A DNA stretch of 63,669 nt, filler included, from Folioceros fuciformis (GCA_049999805.1; 14 parts of 14 records of this genome joined end to end with filler, not necessarily neighbours in it), one strand, 5' to 3'; counted from the first letter of the whole stretch, positions 12,218-25,329 are shown. The notes: generated from the letters alone by a model not told the origin. Numbers and translations: made by a program.

Positions 12218-12485
12218 GGGCCATGGCCCTCCTTCCTTTCCTAGGCTTGGCTCCCACACAACCCAACGGCCTAGCCCTCCACTTTTCCTCTTCCTCCTCC
12301 CGCCCCGTAACTCCACTCTTTGCGTCTCTTGCCACCCCCCCTTCCCTCTCCTCCTAGTCTCTCATGCGGGGCCATGGCCCTCCTCCTTCCCTTCCTAGAT
12401 GGGCCCCAAGCAGCCTAGCCCTCCATTTTTCCTCTTCCTCCTCCCGTCACGTGGCTCCACTGTCCGCATTTCTTGCCACTCCCGC
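12218..12485. repeat. Pyrimidine-rich direct duplication (~120-150 bp, two copies)
   Basis: gggccatggccctcc...gcctagccctcca-ttttcctcttcctcctcccg occurs at ~12218 and ~12369. Confidence 0.75.
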
Positions 12486-14289
12486 TCCTCCTCCTCCGAT
12501 TGTACTCCATGGCCTGACCCTTCAGCCCCCCTCCCTCCCTACGCTTTTCATCCCACAACTCTAGCTTCCACTCCACAGTACCTCAAAATCTCGCTCTCAT
12601 GCTGCATGTATTATGTACGGCTCGCTACAATGCGCTTCNNNNNNNNNNNNNNNNNNNNNNNNNNNNNNNNNNNNNNNNNNNNTTAATTAATTAANNNNNN
12701 NNNNNNNNNNNNNNNNNNNNNNNNNNNNNNNNNNNNNNCAACTAGCTATTTGCAATCTTAACCACATGTAATAGTTCACAAGATGTAAAATTTAAAGAAT
12801 GTGATCTCATATTCATAACTTTCATTTGCTTCCAAAATGGTCTAGTTTGTCTTTTGTCTTTGAATTAAAGCATTTACACAATTTTCTTTCAAATTTATTA
12901 ACATGAGCTCCAATAAAAAAAAATTGATTGGATATTCCTTCTGAGATGGCTAGCTGGAAGAATGTTGAGAGCTTTTATTTTGACTGAAACAAGTACTAGA
13001 GACTGAAGACAACTATGATATAAAATCCAAACTTTTTATTCTTTTCTTTTGATCAAGTTAGGGAGAAAGAAGTAACCAAGAGTAGATGTATACGGTTGGT
13101 TGTTCGAATCAAGTCACGAGTAATGAAGTAACCTAATGTAGTATGTTGTGGGTTGTTTTGATGAAGTTAGATGATAAAAAAAAGTTAACTAATGACAATC
13201 CCATTGGGGTAACTCCATTTTCAATAAATGTGCAATGTCTTACTGATTGTGTATTTTATTTTATTTTATTTTATTACATTTCAATTTATTTAAAAATCAT
13301 ATACTTAGGGCATGTATTGGTTACAAGGTTTGGAAAAGTTTATAGCAAGAAACCATGATGGGACAAAATCTTGTACCCAAGGTTTGTGGAATGCCCTTGC
13401 AATACATGGTGTCGTGAAGGAGCTAACTTAACAATTTTAAGGAGTTGCCTTGTACTCATGTAAGAAGTGGGTTTCGAACAAGCTTACTATCTTCTTTGGT
13501 GAGGTCAAACAATCCCACCAAAGAAGACAGTAACAATGACATTATCTCAAGTTAAGAACAAGATGAAGTATGTTGTGTTATGAATTACCCACATATTGCA
13601 GTTTCCACTTTTTATATACACTTCATTTTTACCTTGTACATTTTCTAACAATACATAACCTACAACACCAACCTTGCAAAAGAAGGAAGACAATCTTACA
13701 AAGCTAAGAAGATACCCTAAGAAATTAGAAACATATTAAGTATACTTTACCCAAAAGATCTTTGACTAATATGTATGCACCATTGATGATATCCTTCTAA
13801 TATATCCTGCCACCCAAATTCCACCAAAATGTTTATCAACTATCTAAAAGTTAAACACAGAGGTAATAGAGTTTAAACACTTAAAAATCACACAATACTT
13901 TTGAACATGCATTCGGAAACTGTGGTTATGTGCTCCTGGAAAAAAAATCTTTACTCACATATATTAATATAATAATTTATATTAACGATCAGTTTATCTA
14001 CAAAATATACACCAAATTCTACAAAATCAATCACCTGTCCACAGGTTCATAGGAGTACCCATAGTAGGTTGAGAGGTACCCGCTTTGGTGCTTATGCTGA
14101 AGAAAGTTATGCTCCATCAGTGTCCTACTTTGGCTGAAAACACAATTGCGGATAGTCTCAAAGAAAAACAATGATGGGCAGCACTTTATTGAAGGTGGAA
14201 CATGACAGACTTTCACACTTTGATCCCCCTCCGCCTTCTTTCTTTCAGATGATTAGAGCTTTCAGACTTTTCGAGTGCGGGGATGAAGG

Positions 14290-14603
14290 CTATACTGCTT
14301 GGACCTGCAGGCCGTACTTCAGAAAGTAATCACGGAACTCCTCCCATATGACGACACCGTCTTTGTTAGCATCCAACTTGTTGTACATGTCGTCAATCAG
14401 CTCCTGAAGAAAGAGGACGAACCCAAATTAACCTTCCCACAGAGTGATGAAACAACCCAACAGGTCCACACATCACCCTGTCAGTAATTACCTTGGGTAC
14501 GTGCCTGTGGAGACACTTTATCTCCGTGAGATCTTCCATCATCAGCAGCAGCTCTTCCCTACTCAGAATGTTGTCAGAGTTGACATTGTACCTGTCCCAA
14601 ACC
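14290..14603 (-). CDS. Two exons encoding an EF-hand pair (last two exons of the AFG1 model)
   Basis: [22 protein letters not shown] and [22 protein letters not shown], joined by GT-AG intron 14491-14404. Stop TAG at 14292-14290. Confidence 0.88.
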
Positions 14604-17600
14604 CTGCACACAAGGTTTTTCATGTGAGCACAAAGGTGATGTAGACCCGGTGCAGAACTAGTTGATCACTTGCAGCCTTGCCTCCGCAGGTCTCCTTCTT
14701 TGAGAGTCATGGACTCCAGATGTACAATGAAATCTTTGCCAGGTGCAGTCCAAGGGGCACTCAAGTAGTCCGCAGATTGCATGTGGTTCAGCCGAGAAAC
14801 GGTTCTCGCAAAAGCAAACTCTTCATCTTTCTCTTCGTAGGCAGACGAACTGGGTTTTGGTCCTTCTTTCTTTCCAGTGGATGCCGTATCAAAGTCGTCA
14901 TCTACCCTGCGAAAGGAGTATGGGATTAATCCCAAGCAAAGCAAACTAGAGGCAATGATGTGACAAACCCAAAAAGCTGAGCAGAGCCTTTCAAAGAGAG
15001 ATGAAGTGTCATTGGGGTTGATGGGGTTGATAACTTTGAAGTTCAGCTATTGCATTACCTGGGTTGGTATATGCTTCCGGGATCAACCTCTGCGCTGGCT
15101 ATAAGCTTCACTTTCTGCCAGAACAAAGTTGCTATGTTGAGAATCCTTGCCACTGCTTTCCACACAGCTGTCAATTTCTGACATGCAAAATATAGACAGT
15201 TAAGATTGTTGAGCCATAAGAGCATTACTTGTTCGTAGAAGACATCCACCAGAGTGATGAATCTCCTTGCCTGCACTTCACACAAGAATGGCATTGTAAA
15301 GGCGTATACGGTCTTCACAGAAAAACCCAAGTGACCCTGAGTTTGTGAAAGTCTTCTCATGTACCAGAAGGCTGCAGATCAGGGAATCCATTCCAAATGT
15401 ACCATTTCACTGTGAGCCCGGGTCATCCGAGGGATGTTTTCAATGAAAACTGTATGGAAAGATGTAGCAACAGCGAGGTAGTCTGAAGCTCCTCTTGGGG
15501 TGCCACACAGGTCTTTGAAACTGAAAAAAGCAATCCCACCTGCTGCTTTTGGAACTGCAACCATAAAAGGACAATGGTTAGGGAGAGGAGTCTGCAGCAT
15601 CTGGATAGAGAAATCCGAAGTGAGAAACTGGTGGAGCTTTACACACCAGTAATTGCACGAGAACCCTCCTTCAACACCACTGGTCCAATAAGGCGATTCC
15701 CAGCAAGCTTGAGGAACACCTTCTGCATCGCTTCCTTGGTCTCCTCATTCAACGGCATGTGCCAGACGGTTGCAATTTCACTGCATTAAACAAGACAGTT
15801 CATGCAGAAACTTCCAATAGATGCTCGTCTCATTTTGTTGATCTCCGCAGTGATATCAAAATGATCAACCGACCTGGACCCGTCTGGCCGTGCACCGACC
15901 AGGCGGTAATCTGGGGAGTTTGGGCGAAATGCATGAACCTGGCACCGTTGCTTTATCAGCTCAATGCACGGCACAAAGAGATCCCGCTGCAAACCGTTTT
16001 TATATAGCTGCCACAAACAGTCCTTGTTGGATGTAAAATAGACATATCAGTAGGACATGCATGGAAATGACCGCTCTCCACCTACTTCTGCAGGAGCTCG
16101 GTTGGAAGATGCAACCACAACAGCCCCATGAGAAAGTAAACTCTCCAGCAACCTTCTTAAGATCATTGCATCAGCTATGTCTACAACCTGTTCAAACTCA
16201 CAGGACGAGCAAAACTTGTGCCACAGAGTGAGCAAAATTTGCATTCATCCAATCACAAGGACGCAGCAGATTCATCCTTGGCCAACAACTGTCGCAATTC
16301 ACACAACATGTGCATGTCTTTGGCAGTAGCAACTCAGGAACAAACTCATACCATCCCGACTGATGCCGCAAAAGTTCTAACAGATACAACAAGAATGACA
16401 GATGAGCTTGACACGTTCACGCACTTGAAATTCATCGAAGCAGAGCAGCCAGCCTGCTTTCAAAAGGTCGTTAGCCACAGATTCAACATGATCGCCAGTC
16501 TTGTCTCCTTTCAATCTCTTCTGATGCAGCCTATACCCTCAGCCAAGTCACCACAAATCAATCGAGCCTGGCTACCATGCAACAAATGGGTAAGAGCACC
16601 CGAGCGCTAATCCTCCGAGGCCAGCTCAACCTCAAGGAGTTTCCCTTCCCCCAAAAAATGACAGAAAGGACTACATGATTCAAGAAGTCGGGAGGAAATG
16701 ACCAAGCACACACCTCTTATGTACGTCGAGCATGAACTGATGGAAGTGCACCCGATGCTTGCTTTTTGTGGGGCTGCAGTGGAAAAAAATGTCTGCCACC
16801 AAAGATTTCCCTGTACCCACCCCTCCATAAATGTAAACCCTGCAGATGGACAAACACCAGAAACATGACCACCAAACCAGGAATGCTCACAAGTGAAGAG
16901 GGTTTCCAAGAATGAAGAAGCTCACAAGTGGGAGGGGGCGACTGTTCTATGGACATATACAGGTGCTCTACAAGGTCTACAGTCTTGTATCCAAAGTGTT
17001 CTCTGGATGGAGAACCCTCTTGCATCGGGAGAATTCGAAATGATCGGGACAACTTAAATGCCTCACCAGTGCATCCCACGAAACATGCATACCCCTCTGG
17101 CCCATTCCAACCCCCTGACCTTCTCTCTCAGAGTTTCGACCTGAATTTGAAAAGATCTAGGACGTACATTCCCCATCCTCACGTGTGATCCGCATGGGAT
17201 CTCGACGCGGGTCGAGTTCCCATGTCGTCAAAGGACAGACATTTCCTTCCTTTTCCTGTACTGTACTACATACTTGACGTAGGAGGCTGACCACTCCTTC
17301 CTGTGACTGGTACCTGACCGACGAAATGCAGTAGATGCGTAATAGTGTACATCTAATCCCGGCATCCAAAGTTCCCTTTCACCACAAGGCCCAAGCACAG
17401 TGGCCTACCCTTGAGGTGCCTTGGGCGGGGGCCGCAACCGAATGGCCGAAAAGATCCTGGAGGTGAGATCATCTGCAGGAGGCTGATAAGTCTGCAGCTC
17501 CTGAAACAGACGTTCCAGCGGCTGCAAAGCCGCCACCTGCCCCTGATCCAGCTTGATGGAGCCCTGCTTCACAAGCTCATTGTAGGCGGCTAACGGAGGA

Positions 17601-17758
17601 GTCCCCACCTTGATGGTTTGCAAGTCTGCTCCTCCATGCACCAAAGCTCTTGCCATGCCCAGCACCCATGACCCCGGTCCGGATGTTGGACGGGCACGCA
17701 CATTCCTGGTGCTCAGCAGCAACCCCAACACAGGCCGACAACGGCTCCATGTGCTCAT
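14290..17758 (-). CDS. AFG1: AFG1/LACE1/ZapE-family AAA+ ATPase with organellar presequence-like N-terminus and C-terminal EF-hand pair (~550 aa, 12 exons)
   Basis: Exons (minus strand): 17758-17409, 16839-16714, 16530-16425, 16187-16086, 16007-15874, 15780-15647, 15554-15403, 15270-15229, 15114-15059, 14906-14682, 14603-14492, 14403-14290; total 1653 nt, frame intact. Walker [17 protein letters not shown], Walker [44 protein letters not shown]. All introns GT-AG except one GC-AG (14681-14604). The ATPase call is near certain; the EF-hand junction is less so. Confidence 0.93.
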
Positions 17759-18588
17759 GGCATCAATCGAGGTGAAGGGCTGGGGGCATTGGGTTCAACC
17801 CAGATCTGCTCATCAGACAAGGTCGGAGCCCAGGTACCACATGCACGGTCTACTCTTACATGCTTTGCATGCGCATGCTTTTAGATACGCCCATTATCAA
17901 GACTAGCATTAAAATAGGAGTGGCTGAACTGAACTGTAGGTGAATGCATCCTGCTTTACATCGGAGCCCGGGCATCTTTATCCTCACTAGGGTTCTGTGG
18001 GGTAGGGTTCTACACTTGTGAATGCTCGGGTTCTCGTGCCCAGAGAGATGTGGATTTGAGTTGGGAATCTCGATGCACGAGATGTGGGTACATATGTTAA
18101 TTCGGTTACCTATCAATCTGGGAGTTGTTTTGGAAACTCGGAACCATATCCACTTATGTTCATGAGCCCACTCCACCCCAGCCCACCACAGCTCAACAGC
18201 TTTTCTGAAATCGGCTCTGCTTCAGGTGCTCTGGCAAGGGCAGGTCCTCAGTTTGCCTATCGCTTTTTCTTCTGCGATGGCGGGTCAGGATGTGTTCCCG
18301 CGTGTTGGATTGTACAGTGAAGCTGCAATCCAGGATGGATTTGGAATTTTTCTGCTTACCAGCCAAGCATAGGATTCAGAGTGTCATTTCTCACAAGATG
18401 CTGGAGCTGCGGGATCCGGGTGTCGGTTTCTGGACTCGCTTATGGGTCAGGGTGAAACAGGGCATGTGAAGGGTTGTTGGGAGANNNNNNNNNNNNNNNN
18501 NNNNNNNNNNNNNNNNNNNNNNNNNNNNTTAATTAATTAANNNNNNNNNNNNNNNNNNNNNNNNNNNNNNNNNNNNNNNNNNNNAAAG

Positions 18589-21500
18589 ATGGCAGGCGCT
18601 TCTAGCTCCGGGTCCGGGTTTGGTCCAGGTGCGGGGCCCTTTGGGTCACCATCACGGCAAGGATCCAGACCCCCGTCACCACCTTTGGGCGTGCCGATGG
18701 GCAGTCCACCACCCACCTCACCTCCTGGCGGTCCAGCCGGCCCTATACCACCTCAACCAACAGTAGGCCTCCAACCTTACTTCAATATCGTTAATATCAA
18801 CACTGATTTTAAGGAAAAGGATAGATTTAACGGCACGAAGTTTGAAGTGTGGTCTAAGCGCATGAAGACTGCCCTCAACACACGGGATCTTCTCCCAATT
18901 GTTGAAGGAACTTTTCCCAAGCCCATCGGTAATCCGGTTGCCCTTGACGCTTGGGTTCGTCAAGATCACCAAGCCATGCAGATGTTGATCTCTGGTCTTG
19001 ACGAGGTTACCTTACACCACACGGATGGTGCGTCCACATCAGTAGAAGCTTGGAAGCAAATCACTGATATATCTATCAATCTACTAACGTTATGACGTTG
19101 GTCACAGTACGTCTAGAGTTTTACTCTCTGCGTATGGGTCATAATGATAGCGTTGCTCAACACGTTAGCAAGTTTAGATATCTACGGGCTCAGCTTGCTG
19201 CTCTAGGGACAACCATCACAGAATTTGAAGCGGCTGTTCAGTTATTGGCTAGCCTCCCTGCTAGCTACCAGACCTTTGTCTCCTCACAAAACCAAACGGT
19301 GAGAAATGCACATCAGGCTGTGCAGTTGGGTATGGTACCCAACATCACCGTGTCCGAGATAGCTGGAGCTCTCCTTCAAGAGGAGGCTGCCAGGTTCAAT
19401 GTCGGGACTTCAAAACACGGAGGAGACCGGGTCATGTTCGTCGCCAAAGGACGTCAACAACAGCGTAAGAATTCTACAAAACCTAAACACAGGAACAATT
19501 CACAAGGTTCCGACAAGCCTGCTCCCTCGGCTGGCTCCTCTTCCAAGACCACGAAGCGACAAGGCACGTGCAATTGGTGCCAAACGCCCGGTCATTGGGA
19601 AAGGGAGTGCAGGAAGAAGCAAGCTGGTGAGGCCAAGCGAGAGCCTCGTACTGCCAACTCGGCTACTGTCTCGACTAAGGCCAAGAATCCTTCTCAACCT
19701 GGAATTGCTCTCACCGTGTGTCTTGTGGCCTTTGAGTACAGGCAGTCCTGGCTGCTTGATTTTGCTGCGTCCGCGCACATCTGTAGTCACAAGACCATGT
19801 TTACCACGTATGAGGCGGCTGCTGACACTCAGCGCTTCGTACTTCTTGGAGGTGATTCTGGCCTCTCCATTGCGGGGATTGGCTCTGTCGCCTTCACTCT
19901 GGCTGATGGATCCCACATGATGCTTACTGATGTGTTACATGTTCCCCAGATGGCCAAGAATCTCATCTCTGTTCGACAGCTTGTCAAGGACGGCTCCTTT
20001 CGCCTAGAGTTTGGTTCAGGCGATTGTCTTCTATATCGGTCTTCTAACCCTCGTGTGATTGTTGCTAGAGGACGTCCGCGTCATGACTTGTATGTTTTCA
20101 CAGGTCAGCCCGTGCTTCCGGCAGCTACCTCCCTGGCGGTTCCCTCACATGGAGACCAGCCTTCAAGGAGATCCCACCCAGGTGACGCTCTCCTTTGGCA
20201 TTGTCGGCTTGGACATCTTAATCCAGCCCGGCTCCTGGCCACGACTCAGCAGGACTTGTATCGCGATAAGCTTCCCCGAATTTCGTCAACACCTCCTCTT
20301 TGCGAGGCTTGTGTGCTTGCTAAACAGCGAGGTTCTCCTTATCCTTCTCTTCCTGCTAGTCGGACCACTGCGCCTCTTGACTTGGTCCACGTAGACCTCT
20401 GTGGTCCTCTCCCTGTTGCGTCTTTAGGCGGGGCTAACCACTTTATGACTGTCGTTGATGACTTCAGTCGATATACGTTTGCGTTTCCCATCCGCCTTAA
20501 GAGTGACTCTTTTAATGTGCTCTCACCCTTTGTTGCTATGGCCGAGTTACAGACTGGTCGTAAACTTCGATGTATTCGATCCGACACTGCGGGAGAGCTC
20601 AACAACCCTCAGTTTCTTGCCTTCTGCGAGGAGCGTGGTGTCTTGCGCCAGTTCACTGTACCTTACACCTCCAAGCAGAATGGCGTGGCCGAGAAGGCTA
20701 ACGGCGATTTGATGTCCATGGCTCGTGCCATGCTGACTCAGTCTCAGCTGCCCAAGTCCCATTGGGCTGAGGCTGTGTCTACGGCGGCTTACATTAAGAA
20801 TAGGGTCCTTACTAAGGCGGTTTCAGGCCGTACACCCTACGAGTGCTGGCACGGGAGCAAGCCTCTACTCTCACATCTTCGTGTTTTTGGTTGCCCTGCC
20901 TATGCCTTTGTCCCTTCACAGCACCGTGACAAGCTTGATGCTCGTGCTCGGAAGCTAGTTTTTGTCGGCTATGGTGATGATCGCAAAGCCTACAAGCTCG
21001 TGGACATGGCCACTCGGAATCTAATCTATGCGCGCACAGTCACCTTTGATGAAGCCAAGATAGTGCCTGCCCTCCGGACATCCTTGGAGATTGCTCCTGG
21101 CATCCCCGATGGTGCTTCCTCTGGCTCCAGCACTCCATGCTCCCTTGGTGACCTCACTCTTGACCACCATGTTCAACCTTTTACCTTTCCCACTGATGCG
21201 CCTCCTACTCCTCCTATGGCTCCTATCCCTCAAGCAGGTCCTGTGCTGCCAGTTGCTGGTCATGTTCCTCACATGCAGCCTGCTCCTACGCCCATCGTTC
21301 CTGCTAGAGAGGGGGACATGGAGATAGACCACGAGGCTGTAGTCGAGGACCCTCCTATGGAACAAGGTGATGTTGAACATGTTGCCCTTGATCACATAGT
21401 GTACCATGATCTTCCTTCAGTACCCGTCACTCCTCCGTCCCCTCTTAGGCCACCAGTTGCTCCCGAGCGTAGATACCCTACTCGTGTGCGTCAGCCTAGA

Positions 21501-22520
21501 CATCTTTGGAAGGACCTACCATTTGACATTGAGTTTAATCAAGCTCATCTAACCTATGGTGATTCTATGGATTTCCCCTTTGCCTTAAGTGTCGCTGCTG
21601 CAGAGGGAGATCCTTTAACCTTACAGGAGGCTTACTCAAGACCTGAGGCAGCTAAATGGAAGCTGGCTGTCGATGATGAGTATAACTCATTAATCAAAAA
21701 CAATACCTGGTCTCTTGTTAGCCTGCCCAAGGGTAGATCGACCGTCAAATGCAAATGGGTTCTTAAGACTAAGTTTCAGGAAGTTGAGCCTAGAATCTGC
21801 TACAAAGCGAGATTAGTGGCTAAGGGGTATAGTCAAAAAGAGGGAGTTGATTATCAAGGCGATAAGGTTTACTCACCCGTAGTTAAAGCTGCATCCGTGA
21901 GGATGCTCCTTGCATTATGTGCTGAACTAAACTTAGAAATTTATCAGCTAGATGTGTGCACGGCCTTTCTCTATGGTCATCTACAGGAAGAGATTTACAT
22001 GGATCAACCTGAGGGCTACGAAGACAAGGCATGCCCACACAAGGTGTGTAAACTCAACCGCTCTATCTATGGACTCAAGCAGAGCCCACGCTTGTGGTAT
22101 GAGAGGATGGACTCTTACCTTAAGAAAATAGGATTTGTCCAAAGCAAAGCTGATACTAATATCTATGTGCTGCGCAAGGATAGCTCACTTGTTCTAGTCG
22201 CTCTCTATGTTGATGACTTGGTCATTCCAGGGAACAACGTAGACCTAGTCAACAAGATTAAGGCTGACCTCAGCAGGGAATTCGAAATGAAGGACCTAGG
22301 AAAGGTCAAGTATATCCTTGGCATGCATGTACATAGAGATAGCACAGGCGCTATTTACCTACACCAGGGTAGATATGTAGCCGGTATGCTCAAACGTTTT
22401 AACATGGAGAATGCAGGGGCGTCTACCACACTTGGTGCCTTTAGCGTCAAGCTTTCTTCTGCCTCATGTCCACAGTCTGAAGAAGAAAAGAAAGAGATGG
22501 AGAATATCCCTTACCGTATG
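18589..22520 (+). mobile_element. Ty1/copia gag-pol (family B), near-intact, interrupted by an LTR insertion after RT
   Basis: gag KEKDRFNG and zinc knuckle CNWCQTPGHWERECR; protease WLLDFAASAHI; integrase WHCRLGH, DLCGP, DDFSRY, QNGVAE; RT YVDDL. Single 2-bp (AT) frameshift at ~19069. Confidence 0.96.
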
Positions 22521-22751
22521 TGTGAACCTCCAAAGTTTGGGGTAGTAGTTTGTTTTGGTTGAAAAAGGGTTAATAGTGGTATGGTTTGGTTTTCTTTTTC
22601 AACTTATTTTCCCTAATTTTCCTTGATTTTCTGGTCATTTTTCCTATTTTTCTGTGTGTTAATTAGGTTAATTGACCAGGAAATAGTTGGTTTGGTTATA
22701 AGAGTGGGTATAGGTTTGGTCCCAGAGCTGGGAAGGTTTAGGTTCGGTACC
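22521..22751 (-). mobile_element. LTR terminus, family C/D (the ...GGAGGTTCACA end), inserted into the copia pol
   Basis: Reverse complement matches 49876-50127 and 52584-52818. Terminal TG at 22521. Confidence 0.9.
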
Positions 22752-22851
22752 NNNNNNNNNNNNNNNNNNNNNNNNNNNNNNNNNNNNNNNNNNNNTTAAT
22801 TAATTAANNNNNNNNNNNNNNNNNNNNNNNNNNNNNNNNNNNNNNNNNNNN

Positions 22852-24895
22852 CGGCCTGGCTGCCCATTCCTCGGCCTCCCTTGATCCCAGCCAGCTCCTG
22901 GAGCTCACCAATCTGGTCTCTACCCCGCCCTCCTGGCCTGGACCCGGCTTCAACCAGCTCGCCCAGAGGCCGCACACCAGCCTTTCGTCCTCACAAATCT
23001 GGCCAGGCCACTAGCCCCCCCAAAATCCCATTGAGCCAATCGCCAGCCGCCAGGCGGGTACTTGCTTTGTCAGCGCCCCCTGCTCCTCGCCCTGCCGCAA
23101 GGATCTCCTCCAGCTAGCCACCAGCCGTTAGGCGGCCGCCTAGCTGCCTGGCGATCCGACCATCTGCCAGGCCGCCTGCTAGCCCCTGCAAGCCGCCTGC
23201 AGCCACCGGTCTAGCCTACCCAGCTACTTGCTTACAGCCCGCCTGGCTGGCCCGAGATCGGCTAGCCAAGCCGGGCGGATCCAGCGCCGCTCCTGCCTAG
23301 CCAACCCTCACCACAGCCAGGCCAACCACGCCCTGCCTGGCTGGTTTCCCAGCGCCGGCCTTGGCCTCCTCAGACTCACCTGTTAACCATCTGGGCTGTC
23401 CTGGCTGGCCAAGCATGCCTACGGCCGGGGCCGATATGGCTGCTGGCTAAGCTCTTCAGCCGCCGCCTCCCGGTAGCAGATCTCCCCCCCGGCGTGGATC
23501 CTCTTCAGCAAGTCGGACTGCGCCAGCTGTTGGCTAGACTGGGCTGTCTGGCAATCGGCCAGCATCTGCCTGAGCCACCTGCCAGCCTCCTGATCCGGCC
23601 CCGGCTAGCTTGCTAGATTTGCCACCGCCTACCTAGATCCGGTCCGCCCGCTGGACCTAGCCCGCAGGCTGCCGCTCCCGGCTGCCTGCTCTGCTGGGTC
23701 GCCCGGCTGCTACTCAACAGCCGGTCTCTACTGGCCAGCCCTTGCCAGGGCGCCTGCAAGGCCTGGTGGCTCCTCAGCAGCTGGCCGCTACTGGGCCAGC
23801 CACCTGCCTGACTCCGTCTCGACCAACAGACCACAGGGCCCCGCGGCTCAACCACTTGCCCGGCTGCCATGGCCCGGCCTGGCTGACCTCTCCGCAGCAG
23901 CTCCTGGATCTGAGCCTGGCCTGCCCGGCTGCCTCCAAACGCAACTAGCCGGTCAGGCCAGCTGGTCACGCAACCGCCGCCTTGCTTCTCCGCCGTCAGC
24001 CCACCGCTGACCGACCACCTCCAGCCAAGCCCCCTACCTGGCCTGGCTGCCTGCCCCGCTTGCCGGCAGCCCGCAAGCCTGGCTGCCTAGCACCCATGAC
24101 CAGCCAGCCAGCCCCTACTAGCCAGTAGACCCGCCTTGACCAAATCCATCTACCAGCCCGACGGTACCCCGGCCTACTACAGTTGCGGATCCAGCTCCGA
24201 TCCCGAGTCGCTCAGGCCGCCCACCTACTCGGCCTGCCCTGCCCTTAGTGACCCGCACACCCAGGCCCACCTCGGCCTGCCCAACTAGCCGACCGGCTCG
24301 CCTCCCGGATCGGCCAACCAAGCTGGCTGCAGACCAGCTGATCCCGCTGCGCACCAGGCTACCCACCGGCTCCCGCATGCTCGCCTGGTTCCTAGCAGCC
24401 GGTTGCTGCCGAGCCAGCCGCTTGTCCACTAGATCCCGCAGGGACCTCAGCCTGGCCTCGGCCTGCTAGCGCCACGGCTTGCCCAGGCCGACTGGCCAGA
24501 GCCGCTGGCCGACCCCCATATCCAGCCAGGGAGCCACCTTGCCCGACCTGCCGACGGCCTGTGTGGCCCGGCCACCTGTGCTCTCGTGAGCCTTGTCTTG
24601 CCGGTGAACTAGGAGTAAGGGCCGTCCGTCATCCCCATCCTTACCCGAGAGCCCGGTCTGGCCCTTCGCACGCACAGTCCTAGGATCCTGCACTCATCTA
24701 GACACTCTAGCCAATGGAGACCCAGACCCGTGACCTACCTGCCACACTTCCCTCTAAGACCCTATCGACTTACCGTTAATCTATCTCTAGTCTAACTTAG
24801 TCTCCTAACCAATCCTCTACGAAATTCAATCAGAAACCCAAAAAAAACAAACTCTTCCATTTTCCAGGGGGTCTGTTGCCCATATGGACTCCACA
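22852..24895 (+). mobile_element. GC-rich large LTR segment (family H) ending ...GGACTCCACA
   Basis: The end (A-run, tttccagggggtctgtt...tggactccaca) is homologous to the end at 39929. Low-complexity GC-rich body with no credible ORF. Confidence 0.6.
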
Positions 24896-25329
24896 CCAAC
24901 TCACGCACACTTCAACAGTTTCTTCAGCACAAGGATACCAAGTGCCATTGACCTTGGCACTCGTTGAGAATTGCACTGGCTTGGGCGCTTGCCATGCACA
25001 AGGTAAACAAGGTCATCCACATTTTTCCATTCCTACTATGTCAAGGTGTCAGTGCCTTGTCACTTGAAACCATGTTCTCGTTGTGCACTAAGCCAAATGC
25101 ATCACATAGCACCTCTGCCCCTCCTAGCTTCTCCTTCAAGCCCATTAAGTACTTCTCATTGCGGACATCGAGTCCCTCCTTCCAACACTCTCCAACTCCA
25201 TCATGCCAGTTCCAATACCTAGCATGGTAGGTGGGTGTGTCCTTCAACAGGGCATCGATTAGCAAAGCTCGCTGTTGCTGAGCTTTGACTTGTTGCTTCA
25301 GGTTCCCGGCCTCCTTGAATGTTGGCTTT

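Noticed and set aside
14393-14623. Stand-alone EF-hand gene starting at MKNLVC
   Set aside because: That ATG lies inside the predicted intron just before a good acceptor and only ~40 bp from the upstream reading frame, leaving no promoter space.
22852-24720. Many Pro/Arg/Ala-rich ORFs
   Set aside because: Expected by chance in GC-rich low-complexity LTR sequence; no domain signal.
22516-24900. LTR termini at 22521 and 24895 as two ends of one insertion across the gap
   Set aside because: The flanks differ (GTATG versus CCAAC), and the 22521 terminus pairs by family with the TGTGGAGGC end instead.
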